Numbered from the stretch's first letter, positions 53,624 through 63,410 are shown. The stretch: DNA of 64,000 bases from an uncultured Clostridia bacterium (GCA_944383375.1 CALWPG010000003.1:339-64338), one strand, 5' to 3'. Notes: generated by a model from the sequence alone, not told the origin. A program made the numbers and translations.

Positions 53624-55369
53624 GTGTTAAGATTACTTAGATATTTAAAATGGTATGATTATCTTTTGTCACTGGTAGTGGTGGCATTTGTAGTTGGGCA
53701 GGTTTGGCTCAACATGGAATTAATTGAATCTATGGGAGAAATTGTTGGCTTGATTCAAGCACATGCTCAAGGCGCACCACTTACCAGTGATCAGTTGTGG
53801 ACTTTGGGCATAAAAATGCTGCTCATGGCACTTGGAATTTGCGTATGTGTTATGATAATAGTATTTTTGGCATCAATGATTTCCACCAGTTTTTCAAAGA
53901 CATTAAGAAGTAAAGTTTTTGCAAAAGTAAATTCTTTTTCAATGGAGGAAATGAATAAATTTTCAACTGCCAGTTTGATAACTCGTTCAACAAACGATAT
54001 TCGTCAGGTTGAACAGACTGTTTTCATGACACTTCGTATGGCGATCATGGCACCTGTAATGGCGGGATTTTCAATTGCCAAAATTGTTGGCAGCAGCATG
54101 GAACTTTCATGGGCAACTATAATCAGCGTCGTTCTGTTGTTGTTACTAATCATCATGCTATTTATATTTGCTGTGCCAAAATTTACAAGCATTCAGAAAA
54201 AGACAGATAAAATAAACAATGTAACGCGTGAAAACTTGACAGGAATCAGAGTTGTTCGTGCATACAATGCAGAGAAAGAGCAGGAGCAAAAGTTTGAAGA
54301 GGTGAACCAAGACCTGACAAAAACCAATTTGTTCGTCAATAGGCTCATGGCACTGCTTTCTCCAGGAATGGATATCATCATGAATGGCCTCAGTGTCGCC
54401 ATATATGTGATTGGTGCATACCTGATCAACGGTGGTTCACTTGAGTATTCAACCATGGTCACCTTTGTCTCATATGCAATGCACATACTTATGAGTTTCA
54501 TGTTCATATCCATGATGTTTGTCATGGTGCCACGTGGAGTTGTTTCTGGAAAGAGAATAAACGAGGTTTTGCTTGCAAAATCAAAAATTATTGACGGCGA
54601 AGGAGCAAATCCACAAGAAGTTGGAACTGTTGAGTTCAAAAACGTGTTTTTCAAATATCCAGATGCAGAAGAATATGTTTTGGAGGATATTTCCTTCAAG
54701 GTAAACAAAGGCGAAACTATTGCATTCATTGGTTCAACGGGCAGTGGTAAAAGTACGCTCATCAATCTTATCCCAAGATTTTTCGATGCCACGCAAGGAG
54801 AGATTTTGGTTGATGGGGTTGATGTCAAACAATATAAATTGGAGCAATTAAATGACAAAATAGGCTACGTCCCTCAAAAAGGCTATCTTTTCAGTGGAAC
54901 TATTAAATCTAACCTATTATTTGGCGATGAAAATGCAAACGAAGAAACACTTGTAAGGGCATTAAAGATAAGCCAGTCCAATTTTGTCAAACGTCTTGAT
55001 GGTGGCATTGACCATGAGATAGCGCAAGGCGGCACAAATGTGTCCGGTGGTCAAAGACAAAGACTGTCAATCGCCAGAGCCATTGTGAAAAACCCTGAAA
55101 TATACATCTTTGACGACAGCTTCTCAGCTCTTGACTACAAAACTGACAAAACGCTTAGAAAGGCATTAAAAAAGCATACGGTCTCTTCCACAAAAATCAT
55201 TGTGGCACAGCGCGTGGGCACCATTTTGGATGCTGACAAAATTGTTGTGTTAAACGAAGGTAAAATGGTTGGAATGGGCACTCACGAAGAGCTTTTAGAA
55301 AATTGTGAAGTTTATCGTGAAATTGCAGAATCACAACTAGGAAAGGAGGCAATAAATGGGACCAAATAA
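53624..55369 (+). CDS. ABC exporter half-transporter (TMD-NBD), subunit with degenerate Walker B-catalytic residue
   Basis: GSTGSGKST, VSGGQRQRLSIARA, IYIFDDSFSALD (Asp in place of the catalytic Glu). GTG start behind AGGAGAG. Confidence 0.9.
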   Translation: MLRLLRYLKWYDYLLSLVVVAFVVGQVWLNMELIESMGEIVGLIQAHAQGAPLTSDQLWTLGIKMLLMALGICVCVMIIVFLASMISTSFSKTLRSKVFAKVNSFSMEEMNKFSTASLITRSTNDIRQVEQTVFMTLRMAIMAPVMAGFSIAKIVGSSMELSWATIISVVLLLLLIIMLFIFAVPKFTSIQKKTDKINNVTRENLTGIRVVRAYNAEKEQEQKFEEVNQDLTKTNLFVNRLMALLSPGMDIIMNGLSVAIYVIGAYLINGGSLEYSTMVTFVSYAMHILMSFMFISMMFVMVPRGVVSGKRINEVLLAKSKIIDGEGANPQEVGTVEFKNVFFKYPDAEEYVLEDISFKVNKGETIAFIGSTGSGKSTLINLIPRFFDATQGEILVDGVDVKQYKLEQLNDKIGYVPQKGYLFSGTIKSNLLFGDENANEETLVRALKISQSNFVKRLDGGIDHEIAQGGTNVSGGQRQRLSIARAIVKNPEIYIFDDSFSALDYKTDKTLRKALKKHTVSSTKIIVAQRVGTILDADKIVVLNEGKMVGMGTHEELLENCEVYREIAESQLGKEAINGTK

Positions 55370-57134
55370 AAAGTCTGCTGAAAAAGCAAAGGATTTCAAA
55401 AAGAGTTTAAAAAGACTTACATTATCTTTAAAACCTCAGTATGTTTCAATTATATTTGGTCTATTGTTTGCAATTTTTGGCACGGTGCTAACCATCGCAC
55501 TTCCAAACGTGATGAAACTTATCAGTGAGGAAATATTCACAGCAGTCCAGCTCAACATAAGCATAGACCTTCAAAGGGTCATGACAGTGGCAATTTACTT
55601 GATTGCAATGTGCATACTCAGTGCACTTTTCACTTATCTTCAAGGAATTATCATGGCAAAGATAAGCGCAAAAGTTACAAAGGATATGCGTACGCAGATT
55701 TCAGAGAAGATAAACAGACTTCCACTAAAATATTTTGACAGTCAGACCTATGGAGATATCCTAAGTCGTGTGACCAATGACGTTGACACAGTTGGTCAGG
55801 CACTCAATCAGAACCTAAGCAGTATTGTCACTTGTGTAACAATGGTAATTGGTGCACTTATCATGATGTTTGTCAACTCATGGGAGCTTACACTCATCAC
55901 ATTGGCATCAACACCTATCAGCATAATTTTGGTGCTTTTGATAGTGAAATTTTCACAAAAATACTTTACTCGTCAACAAAACTCACTTGGTAAAATAAAT
56001 GGAATTATTGAAGAAAATTATTCAGCACACAACATAGTTAAAACTTTCAACTACGAAGAAAAAGCACAAAACGATTTTGAAAAGGTAAACAAAGTTCTCT
56101 ACACTTCAGGCTTCAAATCACAATTCTTTTCAGGAATACTTTATCCTGTTATGAACTTTATAACAAACATTGTCTATGTGCTCGTATGCGTTGTTGGTGG
56201 AATAATCTCCATTCAAACACCAATATTTGCAATCACCATAGTCGCATTCATAGAATACATGCGTATATTCAATCAGCAAATTGGCTCACTGGCACAGATA
56301 AGTGGTACAGTTCAAAGTGCTGTTGCGGCAAGTGAAAGAGTTTTTGAATTTTTGGATGAGGAAGAACAAGCAGATGAAAGCGAAAAAACCGGCTACATCA
56401 AAAATGTAAAAGGTCTTGTTGAATTCAAAAATGTTTGTTTTGGTTATGAAGAGGGCAAGGAAATCATCCACAACTTTAGTGCCAAGATTTTGCCGGGACA
56501 AAAGGTGGCAATCGTAGGTCCAACAGGCGCAGGAAAAACCACAATGGTCAACCTTCTCATGCGTTTTTATGATATCAACAGCGGAGACATAACCATTGAC
56601 GGCGTGTCCATCTATGATATGAAGCGCTCCACAGTTCGTGCACTGTTTGGTATGGTACTTCAAGATACTTGGATATTTGATGGAACAATAAGAGAAAATA
56701 TATCCTATGGATCCAAAGACAAGTCCAACAAAGAAATTGAAGATGCGTGCAGTTTTGCCCATATCGACCATTTCATCAGGTCACTTCCTGGAGGTTATGA
56801 TATGATGCTTGACGAGACGGCGAACATAAGCCAAGGCCAGCGCCAACTTTTGACCATCGCAAGAGCCATGGTGAACAACGCACCTATGCTCATTTTGGAT
56901 GAGGCAACGTCAAGTGTGGACACAAGAACTGAAATTCAAATTCAAAAAGCCATGGATAAACTCATGGAGGGTAGAACCAGCTTTGTAATCGCTCACAGAC
57001 TTTCCACAATCCAAAACTCCGATCAAATCTTGGTCATGAAGGATGGTAACATAGTTGAACAAGGCACACATGACGAACTGCTTAAAAAAGATGGCTTTTA
57101 TGCAGAACTATATCGCTCTGGCACACAGGAATAA
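55356..57134 (+). CDS. ABC exporter half-transporter (TMD-NBD), partner with degenerate signature motif
   Basis: GPTGAGKTT, ISQGQRQLLTIARA (degenerate LSGGQ), LILDEATSSVD. Overlaps the upstream gene by 14 nt. The asymmetry is typical of heterodimeric exporters of LmrCD/BmrCD/TM287-288 type. Confidence 0.9.
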   Translation: MGPNKKSAEKAKDFKKSLKRLTLSLKPQYVSIIFGLLFAIFGTVLTIALPNVMKLISEEIFTAVQLNISIDLQRVMTVAIYLIAMCILSALFTYLQGIIMAKISAKVTKDMRTQISEKINRLPLKYFDSQTYGDILSRVTNDVDTVGQALNQNLSSIVTCVTMVIGALIMMFVNSWELTLITLASTPISIILVLLIVKFSQKYFTRQQNSLGKINGIIEENYSAHNIVKTFNYEEKAQNDFEKVNKVLYTSGFKSQFFSGILYPVMNFITNIVYVLVCVVGGIISIQTPIFAITIVAFIEYMRIFNQQIGSLAQISGTVQSAVAASERVFEFLDEEEQADESEKTGYIKNVKGLVEFKNVCFGYEEGKEIIHNFSAKILPGQKVAIVGPTGAGKTTMVNLLMRFYDINSGDITIDGVSIYDMKRSTVRALFGMVLQDTWIFDGTIRENISYGSKDKSNKEIEDACSFAHIDHFIRSLPGGYDMMLDETANISQGQRQLLTIARAMVNNAPMLILDEATSSVDTRTEIQIQKAMDKLMEGRTSFVIAHRLSTIQNSDQILVMKDGNIVEQGTHDELLKKDGFYAELYRSGTQE

Positions 57135-57179
57135 AAATATCAAAAAATTGTTGACAAATATATAAAAATATGTTAGTTT

Positions 57180-57346
57180 TTATCTCGTAAATTAAATATA
57201 TCTTTTCCATAGACAGCAAGTGACTTGTTCGTAAACCATTTGGTGCTTGCCGAGGCAAAGTTAGAGATTGGACATTACTCCTTTCGGGTCTTTGCCTGAA
57301 AGGATTTTTAATTTTCACATACAAATCTAAAAAAGGAGGCAAATAA
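57180..57346 (+). promoter_or_regulatory. Structured rplJL leader with attenuator-type alternative hairpins (L10-leader-like)
   Basis: Terminator-like TCCTTTC (57279-85)/GAAAGGA (57298-304) plus T5. GGCAAAG (57254-60) can instead pair with CTTTGCC (57290-96). Position upstream of rplJ. Confidence 0.5.
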
Positions 57347-57832
57347 ATGAGTGCAAATTTTGAAGCAAAAAAAGCACTTGTAGAGGAAATCAAAGACAAA
57401 CTCTCTCGTGCAAAAACAGTTGTATTTGTTGATTACCGTGGCATGACTGTTGAACAAGACACAAAAATGCGCGCACAGTTTAGAAAAAGTGGTGCAGAAT
57501 ACAAAGTTTACAAAAACAGACTCATGCTAAGAGCATTAAATGAACTTGGCTACACAGATGTTGAAAAATATCTTGAAGGCACAAGTGCTGTGGCTTTTGG
57601 CTATGAAGATGAACTTGCACCTGCAAAAATCGTCAAAGATGCTGCAAATGAAAATTGTGCAATGACAGTTAAGTTTGGTATATACAACAACAAAGTAGTT
57701 GATGACGGTGTAATCAAAAGTCTTGCAAGCATTCCATCAAGAGAAACACTTCTTGGACAACTTGTTGGTTTACTTTCATCACCAATGCGAAGCCTTGCTA
57801 TTGCAATTAAGGCTGTTGCAGATAAACAATAA
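57347..57832 (+). CDS. rplJ: 50S ribosomal protein L10
   Basis: KKALVEEIKDKLSRAKTVVFVDYRGMTVEQ. Confidence 0.96.
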   Translation: MSANFEAKKALVEEIKDKLSRAKTVVFVDYRGMTVEQDTKMRAQFRKSGAEYKVYKNRLMLRALNELGYTDVEKYLEGTSAVAFGYEDELAPAKIVKDAANENCAMTVKFGIYNNKVVDDGVIKSLASIPSRETLLGQLVGLLSSPMRSLAIAIKAVADKQ

Positions 57833-57859
57833 TAAAAAAATAAAAAGGAGAATTTAAAA

Positions 57860-58228
57860 ATGGCAGATTTAAACAAATTTGTAGAAGAAATCAAAGGTCT
57901 CAGCGTTGTTGAACTTAATGACCTTGTTAAAAAAATTGAGGAAGAATTCGGTGTAAGTGCACAGGCTATGGTTGCAGCAGCTCCAGCAGCAGGTGGCGCG
58001 GCAGCAGCTGAAGAAAAATCTGAATTCACAGTAGTACTCAAAGATGCTGGCGCAAACAAAATTGCTGTTATCAAAGCAGTTAGAGAAATCACAGGACTTG
58101 GTCTTGGCGAAGCAAAAGCTTTGGTTGATGGCGCTCCAAAGAACGTTAAAGAAAATGTTGCAGCTGAAGAAGCTAAGCAAATCGAAGCAAAACTTAAAGA
58201 AGCTGGCGCTGTTGTAGAACTTGTTTAA
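57860..58228 (+). CDS. rplL: 50S ribosomal protein L7/L12
   Basis: Ala-rich hinge and [24 protein letters not shown]. Confidence 0.97.
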   Translation: MADLNKFVEEIKGLSVVELNDLVKKIEEEFGVSAQAMVAAAPAAGGAAAAEEKSEFTVVLKDAGANKIAVIKAVREITGLGLGEAKALVDGAPKNVKENVAAEEAKQIEAKLKEAGAVVELV

Positions 58229-58250
58229 TAGTAATATGATTTGTATGTTT

Positions 58251-58284
58251 AAAAAATAGTCCAAACTTTTGGGCTATTTTTTTT
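58251..58284 (+). terminator. Intrinsic terminator after rplL
   Basis: ATAGTCCAA-loop-TTGGGCTAT (one G-T pair) flanked by A6 and T8. Confidence 0.8.
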
Positions 58285-58325
58285 GTCTTTTTCATAAAAT
58301 TTGTTATAATCGCTTTGGAGGAAAG

Positions 58326-59507
58326 ATGCAAAGACTTAAAATAGGCCTTTTTATTGACACCTTTTTCCCCATGATTGATGGTGTGATAATGGTTGTGGAC
58401 AATTATGCAAAAAGGCTAAACAAAATCGCTGATGTGACAGTATTTTGTCCAAAACCAAACGATAAAAATTATAAAGGTGATTTTTCATATAAAGTGGTTA
58501 GATGCAAAAAACTCAAAGTATACCACTATGACTATTCACTTCCTTTGCCAAAGCTTGACAAAAAATTCAAAAAAGCACTAAAAGAGGCAAATTTGGACAT
58601 TGTCCATGTCCATTCGCCGGCAACCATTGGTATGTTTGGCATAAAGTATGCAAAAAAACACAATATCCCTTGTGTCGTCACCTTGCATAGTCAGTTCAAA
58701 AAAGATATCTTGAAAATGACACACATAAAATGGCTCACAAACCTGGTGACAAAACGCATAATGAACAGGTTCAACACATGTGACGAGGCATGGGCTGTGA
58801 ATGCTGAAATAAAAAATCTTTTTGAAAGCAGCGAATATAATTTAAAAATCCCATGCAGAGTGGTTGAAAATGCCACCGATTTACAGTTTTTGCCTAATGT
58901 GGAACAAAATAGAGAAGAAATCAAAAACAAATTTGGTATTTCACAAGATGAACATATATTTTTATTCACTGGCAGGATAAATGTCATGAAAAATATTTTG
59001 TTCATCGTGGACGCACTGAAAATTGTAAAAGATAAGGGCATAAAATTCAAAATGCTGTTTGTTGGCAGTGGTCAAGATGAAAACAAACTCAAAGCATACG
59101 TGGAGCAAAATGGTTTAACAAACAATGTCGTCATGGTTGGAAGAGTTGAAGATAGGTCACTTCTTGCCAAAATATATTCTGCAAGTGAACTTTTCTTGTT
59201 CCCATCGCTTTATGACGCAAATTCGCTTGTTCAAATTGAAGCAGCCAGCCAAAAGACACCTGCCATATTTTTGGAAGGGGCAAGAACTGCTGGAAATGTG
59301 ACAAACAATGTCAATGGAATTATAAGCAAAAATGATGCATCATCATACGCAGAGGAAATTGTTTCCATTCTTTCAGACAAACAAAGATATGAAATGCTTT
59401 GTGAAAATGCGTATAGAGATCTTTACATAAACTGGGATATGGTCACCAAAGAAGTTTATGAAATGTATCAAAAATTAATAGAAAAAAACAATTTACCAAA
59501 ACAATAA
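58326..59507 (+). CDS. GT4-family glycosyltransferase (diacylglycerol glucosyltransferase-like)
   Basis: N-terminal IGLFIDTFFPMIDGV; C-terminal E-x7-E region ELFLFPSLYDANSLVQIEAAS. Start moved to ATG 58326 (RBS GGAGGAAAG). Confidence 0.8.
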   Translation: MQRLKIGLFIDTFFPMIDGVIMVVDNYAKRLNKIADVTVFCPKPNDKNYKGDFSYKVVRCKKLKVYHYDYSLPLPKLDKKFKKALKEANLDIVHVHSPATIGMFGIKYAKKHNIPCVVTLHSQFKKDILKMTHIKWLTNLVTKRIMNRFNTCDEAWAVNAEIKNLFESSEYNLKIPCRVVENATDLQFLPNVEQNREEIKNKFGISQDEHIFLFTGRINVMKNILFIVDALKIVKDKGIKFKMLFVGSGQDENKLKAYVEQNGLTNNVVMVGRVEDRSLLAKIYSASELFLFPSLYDANSLVQIEAASQKTPAIFLEGARTAGNVTNNVNGIISKNDASSYAEEIVSILSDKQRYEMLCENAYRDLYINWDMVTKEVYEMYQKLIEKNNLPKQ

Positions 59508-59538
59508 AATTGTGTATAATATCCATGTAGGAGAGAAA

Positions 59539-60636
59539 TTGTACCAAGCATTATACAGAAAGTATCGCCCACAGTCCTTTGATGATATTGTGGGGCAAAA
59601 ACATATAACAACAACACTTGTCCACCAAATTCAAAGTGGCAATATTTCTCATGCCTATCTTTTCACCGGAAGTCGTGGAACGGGCAAAACAAGCACTGCA
59701 AAAATTTTTGCCAAAGCCATCAACTGCCAGAATCCACAAAATGGTTCGCCATGTGGAGAATGTGAAGTTTGCAGGGCTCTAAGCGACCCTAACAACATGG
59801 ATATTGTGGAAATTGATGCAGCTTCAAACAACAGAGTTGATGAAGTTCGTGACATACGTGAAAAAGTCAAATTCATGCCTGTATCTGCAAAATATAAGGT
59901 GTATATAATTGACGAAGTTCATATGCTCACCGAAAGTGCATTCAATGCACTGCTAAAAACTTTGGAAGAGCCACCAAAACACATAGTTTTTATTTTAGCA
60001 ACCACAGAAGTTCAAAAACTTCCTGCAACCATCATCTCAAGGTGCATGAGATTTGATTTTCACCTGCTTGATGACAGTGTGCTAAAAACGCATCTAAAAC
60101 GCATTTTTGAACAGGAAAAAATTTCCTGTGATGAAGATTCATATTCACTCATCGTAAAATCTGCACAGGGCAGTGTTCGTGATATGCTCTCAATCGCTGA
60201 AGGTATAGTTTCCTACACCGGTGGAAACATAACCAAAGATCAAGTTATGGATGTTTTGGGAACAACAGACCATGACACCAACCTTGAAATTGTTGGTAGC
60301 TTATATCAAAAAGATGTGGGTCGTGCTATATCACTTTTGGATGGTGCCAAAAAAAGTGGCAAAAATATGAACATAGTTGCAAAAGATATTTCCCAGTGCG
60401 TGCGTGACCTCATCGTTGCAAAAACCTGCCAAGACGCAAAGGACATCTTGGGTTTCACAAATGACGTGTTTGATAAATACATCTCACTTGCAAAAGATAT
60501 TGACATAAATGCTTTGATGAAGTACATGAAAATTTTCTCATCTGTGATCACAGAACTAAAATTTGCACTTTCGCCAACAGTTTTGATTGAAACTGCAATG
60601 ATAGACTGTATACTTGATGATGAAAAAAAAAACTGA
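59539..60636 (+). CDS. dnaX: DNA polymerase III gamma/tau subunit, domains I-III only in the zero frame
   Basis: YRKYRPQSFDDIVGQ, GSRGTGKTS, Zn module CQNPQNGSPCGECEVC, IIDEVHML, ISRCMRFDF. Start proposed at TTG 59539 (RBS GGAGAG). Stop TGA at 60634-60636, directly after the A10 run. Confidence 0.9.
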   Translation: MYQALYRKYRPQSFDDIVGQKHITTTLVHQIQSGNISHAYLFTGSRGTGKTSTAKIFAKAINCQNPQNGSPCGECEVCRALSDPNNMDIVEIDAASNNRVDEVRDIREKVKFMPVSAKYKVYIIDEVHMLTESAFNALLKTLEEPPKHIVFILATTEVQKLPATIISRCMRFDFHLLDDSVLKTHLKRIFEQEKISCDEDSYSLIVKSAQGSVRDMLSIAEGIVSYTGGNITKDQVMDVLGTTDHDTNLEIVGSLYQKDVGRAISLLDGAKKSGKNMNIVAKDISQCVRDLIVAKTCQDAKDILGFTNDVFDKYISLAKDIDINALMKYMKIFSSVITELKFALSPTVLIETAMIDCILDDEKKN

Positions 60637-60980
60637 ATTTAACTAAAGTCAATGCCAAACAAAATGTGAAACTATCTGCACTTTCCATTTGGGGTAAAGT
60701 TGTTTTGTATCTTCGTGAACATAATGATAGGATTTTGCACGTTATGTGTGGTGACATACGTGATGTGGAATTTTCTGGAGATACCTTTGTGATATCATCT
60801 GAAGAAGACTCTGTCATAAATATGCTTAACGAAAAGTCAAATCAGGCAGAACTAAATAGGGCACTTGAAATGTTTGGAGTATTTGACTTTGTGGTACAAA
60901 AAAAGAAAAAATTGGCATCTGATGATGAAAATATTCAAATTTTAAATAAATTTTTTGACAATATTGTTGAAATAGAATAG
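60624..60980 (+). CDS. dnaX: DnaX/tau C-terminal domain in the -1 frame relative to dnaX (fusion by slippage, separate ORF, or sequencing frameshift)
   Basis: The frame opens at 60624 inside the A10 run (preceding in-frame TGA at 60621-23). ..LSIWGKVVLYLREHNDRILHVMCGDIRDVEFSGDTFVISSEE..LNRALEMFGVFDFVV resembles the Firmicute DnaX C-terminus. Confidence 0.65.
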   Translation, partial: KKKLNLTKVNAKQNVKLSALSIWGKVVLYLREHNDRILHVMCGDIRDVEFSGDTFVISSEEDSVINMLNEKSNQAELNRALEMFGVFDFVVQKKKKLASDDENIQILNKFFDNIVEIE

Positions 60981-60989
60981 GAGGATTAT

Positions 60990-61322
60990 ATGAATAATTT
61001 TAGAGGTGGTTTTGGTGGTGGATTCAACGGTGCAAATTTGCAAAATCTCATGCGTCAAGCACAAAAGATGCAGGAGGAGATGGAAAAGGCAAAGGTAGAA
61101 CTTGAAAGCACAGAATTCACAGGCACAAGTGGTGGGAATATGGTTGAAGTGGTACTAACCGGCGACAAAAAAGCAAAAAAGGTCACAATCAAGCCTGAAG
61201 TCGTGGATGTTGACGATATTGAAATGCTTGAAGATTTGATTGTCAGTGCAATCAACGATGCAGTTGAGAAAATTACTGTTGCAGAAAGTGAAAAATTGCC
61301 AAAACTTCCACAAGGAATGTAA
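60990..61322 (+). CDS. ybaB: Nucleoid-associated protein YbaB/EbfC
   Basis: LMRQAQKMQEEMEKAKVELE..GGNMVEVVLTGD; conserved dnaX-ybaB-recR order. Confidence 0.92.
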   Translation: MNNFRGGFGGGFNGANLQNLMRQAQKMQEEMEKAKVELESTEFTGTSGGNMVEVVLTGDKKAKKVTIKPEVVDVDDIEMLEDLIVSAINDAVEKITVAESEKLPKLPQGM

Positions 61323-61324
61323 TC

Positions 61325-61912
61325 ATGTATATAGAAAGTTTAGAAAATTTAATAAACAGTTTTCGTTCATTGCCTGGTGTTGGTTACAAAACTGCACAGA
61401 GATATGCGTATAGCATTTTAAACCGTGACATTCAAGATGCAAAACAGTTTGCACAAAACATTGTCAGTGCAAAAGAAAATATAAAATTTTGCAATGAGTG
61501 TGGGAATTTCTCTGAAAGCGAAATCTGCGAGACCTGCCGAAAGAAAAATAAAGACATCATTTGTGTGGTCAAAGAGCCAAAAGATGTTGCAACAATGGAA
61601 AAGGTAAAAAATTATGATGGTGTTTTTCATGTTCTTGGTGGAACAATAAGCCCACTTGAAAATCGTGGACCAGATGACATAAGAATAAAAGAACTTCTTT
61701 CGCGTGTACAAAAGTACAACACAAAAGAAGTCATTATGGCGCTTAATCCCGATGTTGAAGGTGACGCAACAGCAATGTATATCTCAAAGCTTTTGTCACC
61801 ACTTGGCGTTAAAGTCACGCGTCTTGCCCAAGGTATTAGCATGGGTAGCGAACTGGAATTTACCGACGAGGTAACTCTTTCAAAAGCAATGGAGTCAAGG
61901 ACAAAAATCTAA
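61325..61912 (+). CDS. recR: Recombination protein RecR
   Basis: LPGVGYKTAQRYAY, Zn finger CNECGN..CETC and a Toprim domain. Confidence 0.95.
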   Translation: MYIESLENLINSFRSLPGVGYKTAQRYAYSILNRDIQDAKQFAQNIVSAKENIKFCNECGNFSESEICETCRKKNKDIICVVKEPKDVATMEKVKNYDGVFHVLGGTISPLENRGPDDIRIKELLSRVQKYNTKEVIMALNPDVEGDATAMYISKLLSPLGVKVTRLAQGISMGSELEFTDEVTLSKAMESRTKI

Positions 61913-63255
61913 AGTTCCTTGCCTTCTTTTTTTATATCTTGCGCTTTGCGTTTTTGAGACCTTTCTCTAAGTTCTTTTCTTATTTGCATAACCCTGTCAA
62001 ATTCAAGCCTTGCCTTTGCAAACATTGCATTTTTTGCACCAACAATAAAGTTATCCATTGATTCACCTTTGGATTTTTCAAAAACTTCGTCGCAGTAGTT
62101 TTCTGCTTCTTCTTTTTTCAAGCCATCCAAAATTAAAACGTTTATAAATGCATCTTTTAAAGTCTCGTAGGGGATGACAGTGGACTTAAGTTTTATTTTT
62201 TTGCAAACGTGCTTTAAAAATCTGTTTTCAAAAATGACACTGTCAAATGGTAAATTTTGTACATACTTTGCATCTTCGGGAGTGTTTTGTGAAATGTAGT
62301 CGGCATATTGCTTTCTTTCTTCATCAATGTCCACAACTTTTTGCTGTTTTAGAACATTCAAAGTATTCAAATTTTCAACCGACATTATATACATAGAGTT
62401 GTCATTCTCATAAAAATATTTAAAGTTATTGTTTTTGTTCGCAGTAATGGTGTAATTTTTGTAGAAATTTATGTCACTTACAGGAAGCAAACAATAACTC
62501 AAAGTCATTGGGCTTTCAAGGTCGGCTCTACTGTCCCATGTGACATCTGCGTGGTACATGCCGTTTATCTTATACTTGTCATCTTTTAAAATAACCATGT
62601 TCATGGCATGCATTTCCACATCTTTTTGTTTTTTGTCATGCATAGAAACACTTTGAAAAAAGCATTTCAAGTTGTCGTTGTTTAAATTGTCCACAATTTC
62701 ACGGAGAGTTTCGGCAAAATTTTGACATACTATGTGTCCATTGTTTGACAAACTGAAAAGTGAATGGGTCATGGTTGGACTTTTCAAACTTTCGTCGTCA
62801 TTATACACATTTTGTGCCAATTTTTTGTAGGCATACAAAAATTGTTCAAGAGGTGACATGTTTTTGCTCTTTATTTCTTCCACAATGCCATGGATATAAT
62901 TGTATGTTTTTTCAACCTCAGAGATATCCCATAGTACATCATTTTCTTTAATGTAGAGCTTTGCATTTTGTGTTCTTAAAATCCTATCAAACTGTTTTAT
63001 CACTTCAAAATCTTTAAGCGGAAAAAGTTTGTCATGCATCACAATATTAAAGTTAAATGATGATGGCTGTTGTTTGCAATCATAAATATCCCTCAAAATC
63101 GCAAAGAGTGGATTTATACTATCATAGGACATTAAATCAATTGAAATGGAAATATTTTTGCCGTTGGCATTTTTGTACATACTCGAAAAATTATCAAGTT
63201 TCCAAGATGGAATTTTGATAACATAACGATTGTTTAATTCATTAAAATGTTTCAT
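61909..63255 (-). CDS. Transglutaminase-like (Cys-His-Asp core) domain protein, otherwise uncharacterised
   Basis: GHIVCQNFAETLREIV (Cys), VEMHAMNMVIL (His) and NGMYHADVTWD (Asp) in the order and spacing of the TGase-core fold. Confidence 0.6.
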   Translation of the reverse strand: MKHFNELNNRYVIKIPSWKLDNFSSMYKNANGKNISISIDLMSYDSINPLFAILRDIYDCKQQPSSFNFNIVMHDKLFPLKDFEVIKQFDRILRTQNAKLYIKENDVLWDISEVEKTYNYIHGIVEEIKSKNMSPLEQFLYAYKKLAQNVYNDDESLKSPTMTHSLFSLSNNGHIVCQNFAETLREIVDNLNNDNLKCFFQSVSMHDKKQKDVEMHAMNMVILKDDKYKINGMYHADVTWDSRADLESPMTLSYCLLPVSDINFYKNYTITANKNNNFKYFYENDNSMYIMSVENLNTLNVLKQQKVVDIDEERKQYADYISQNTPEDAKYVQNLPFDSVIFENRFLKHVCKKIKLKSTVIPYETLKDAFINVLILDGLKKEEAENYCDEVFEKSKGESMDNFIVGAKNAMFAKARLEFDRVMQIRKELRERSQKRKAQDIKKEGKEL

Positions 63256-63303
63256 ATTTTTATACTACAATATTTTATTAAAAACGTCAAGGTACTTGAA
63301 AAT

Positions 63304-63329
63304 AAAAAAACCACGACACAATGTCGCGG
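63304..63329 (-). terminator. Intrinsic terminator downstream of tRNA-Trp
   Basis: Minus strand CCGCGACA-TTG-TGTCGTGG plus T7. Confidence 0.75.
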
Positions 63330-63335
63330 CATAAT

Positions 63336-63410
63336 TGGCAGGTGGGACAGGACTCGAACCTGCAACAGACGGTTTTGGAGACCGTTACTCTACCATTGAA
63401 CTACCCACCT
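63336..63410 (-). tRNA. tRNA-Trp (anticodon CCA), encoded CCA end
   Basis: The reverse complement folds as AGGTGGG-TA-GTTC-AATGGTA-GAGT-A-ACGGT-CTCCAAA-ACCGT-CTGTT-GCAGG-TTCGAGT-CCTGT-CCCACCT-G-CCA. Confidence 0.9.
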
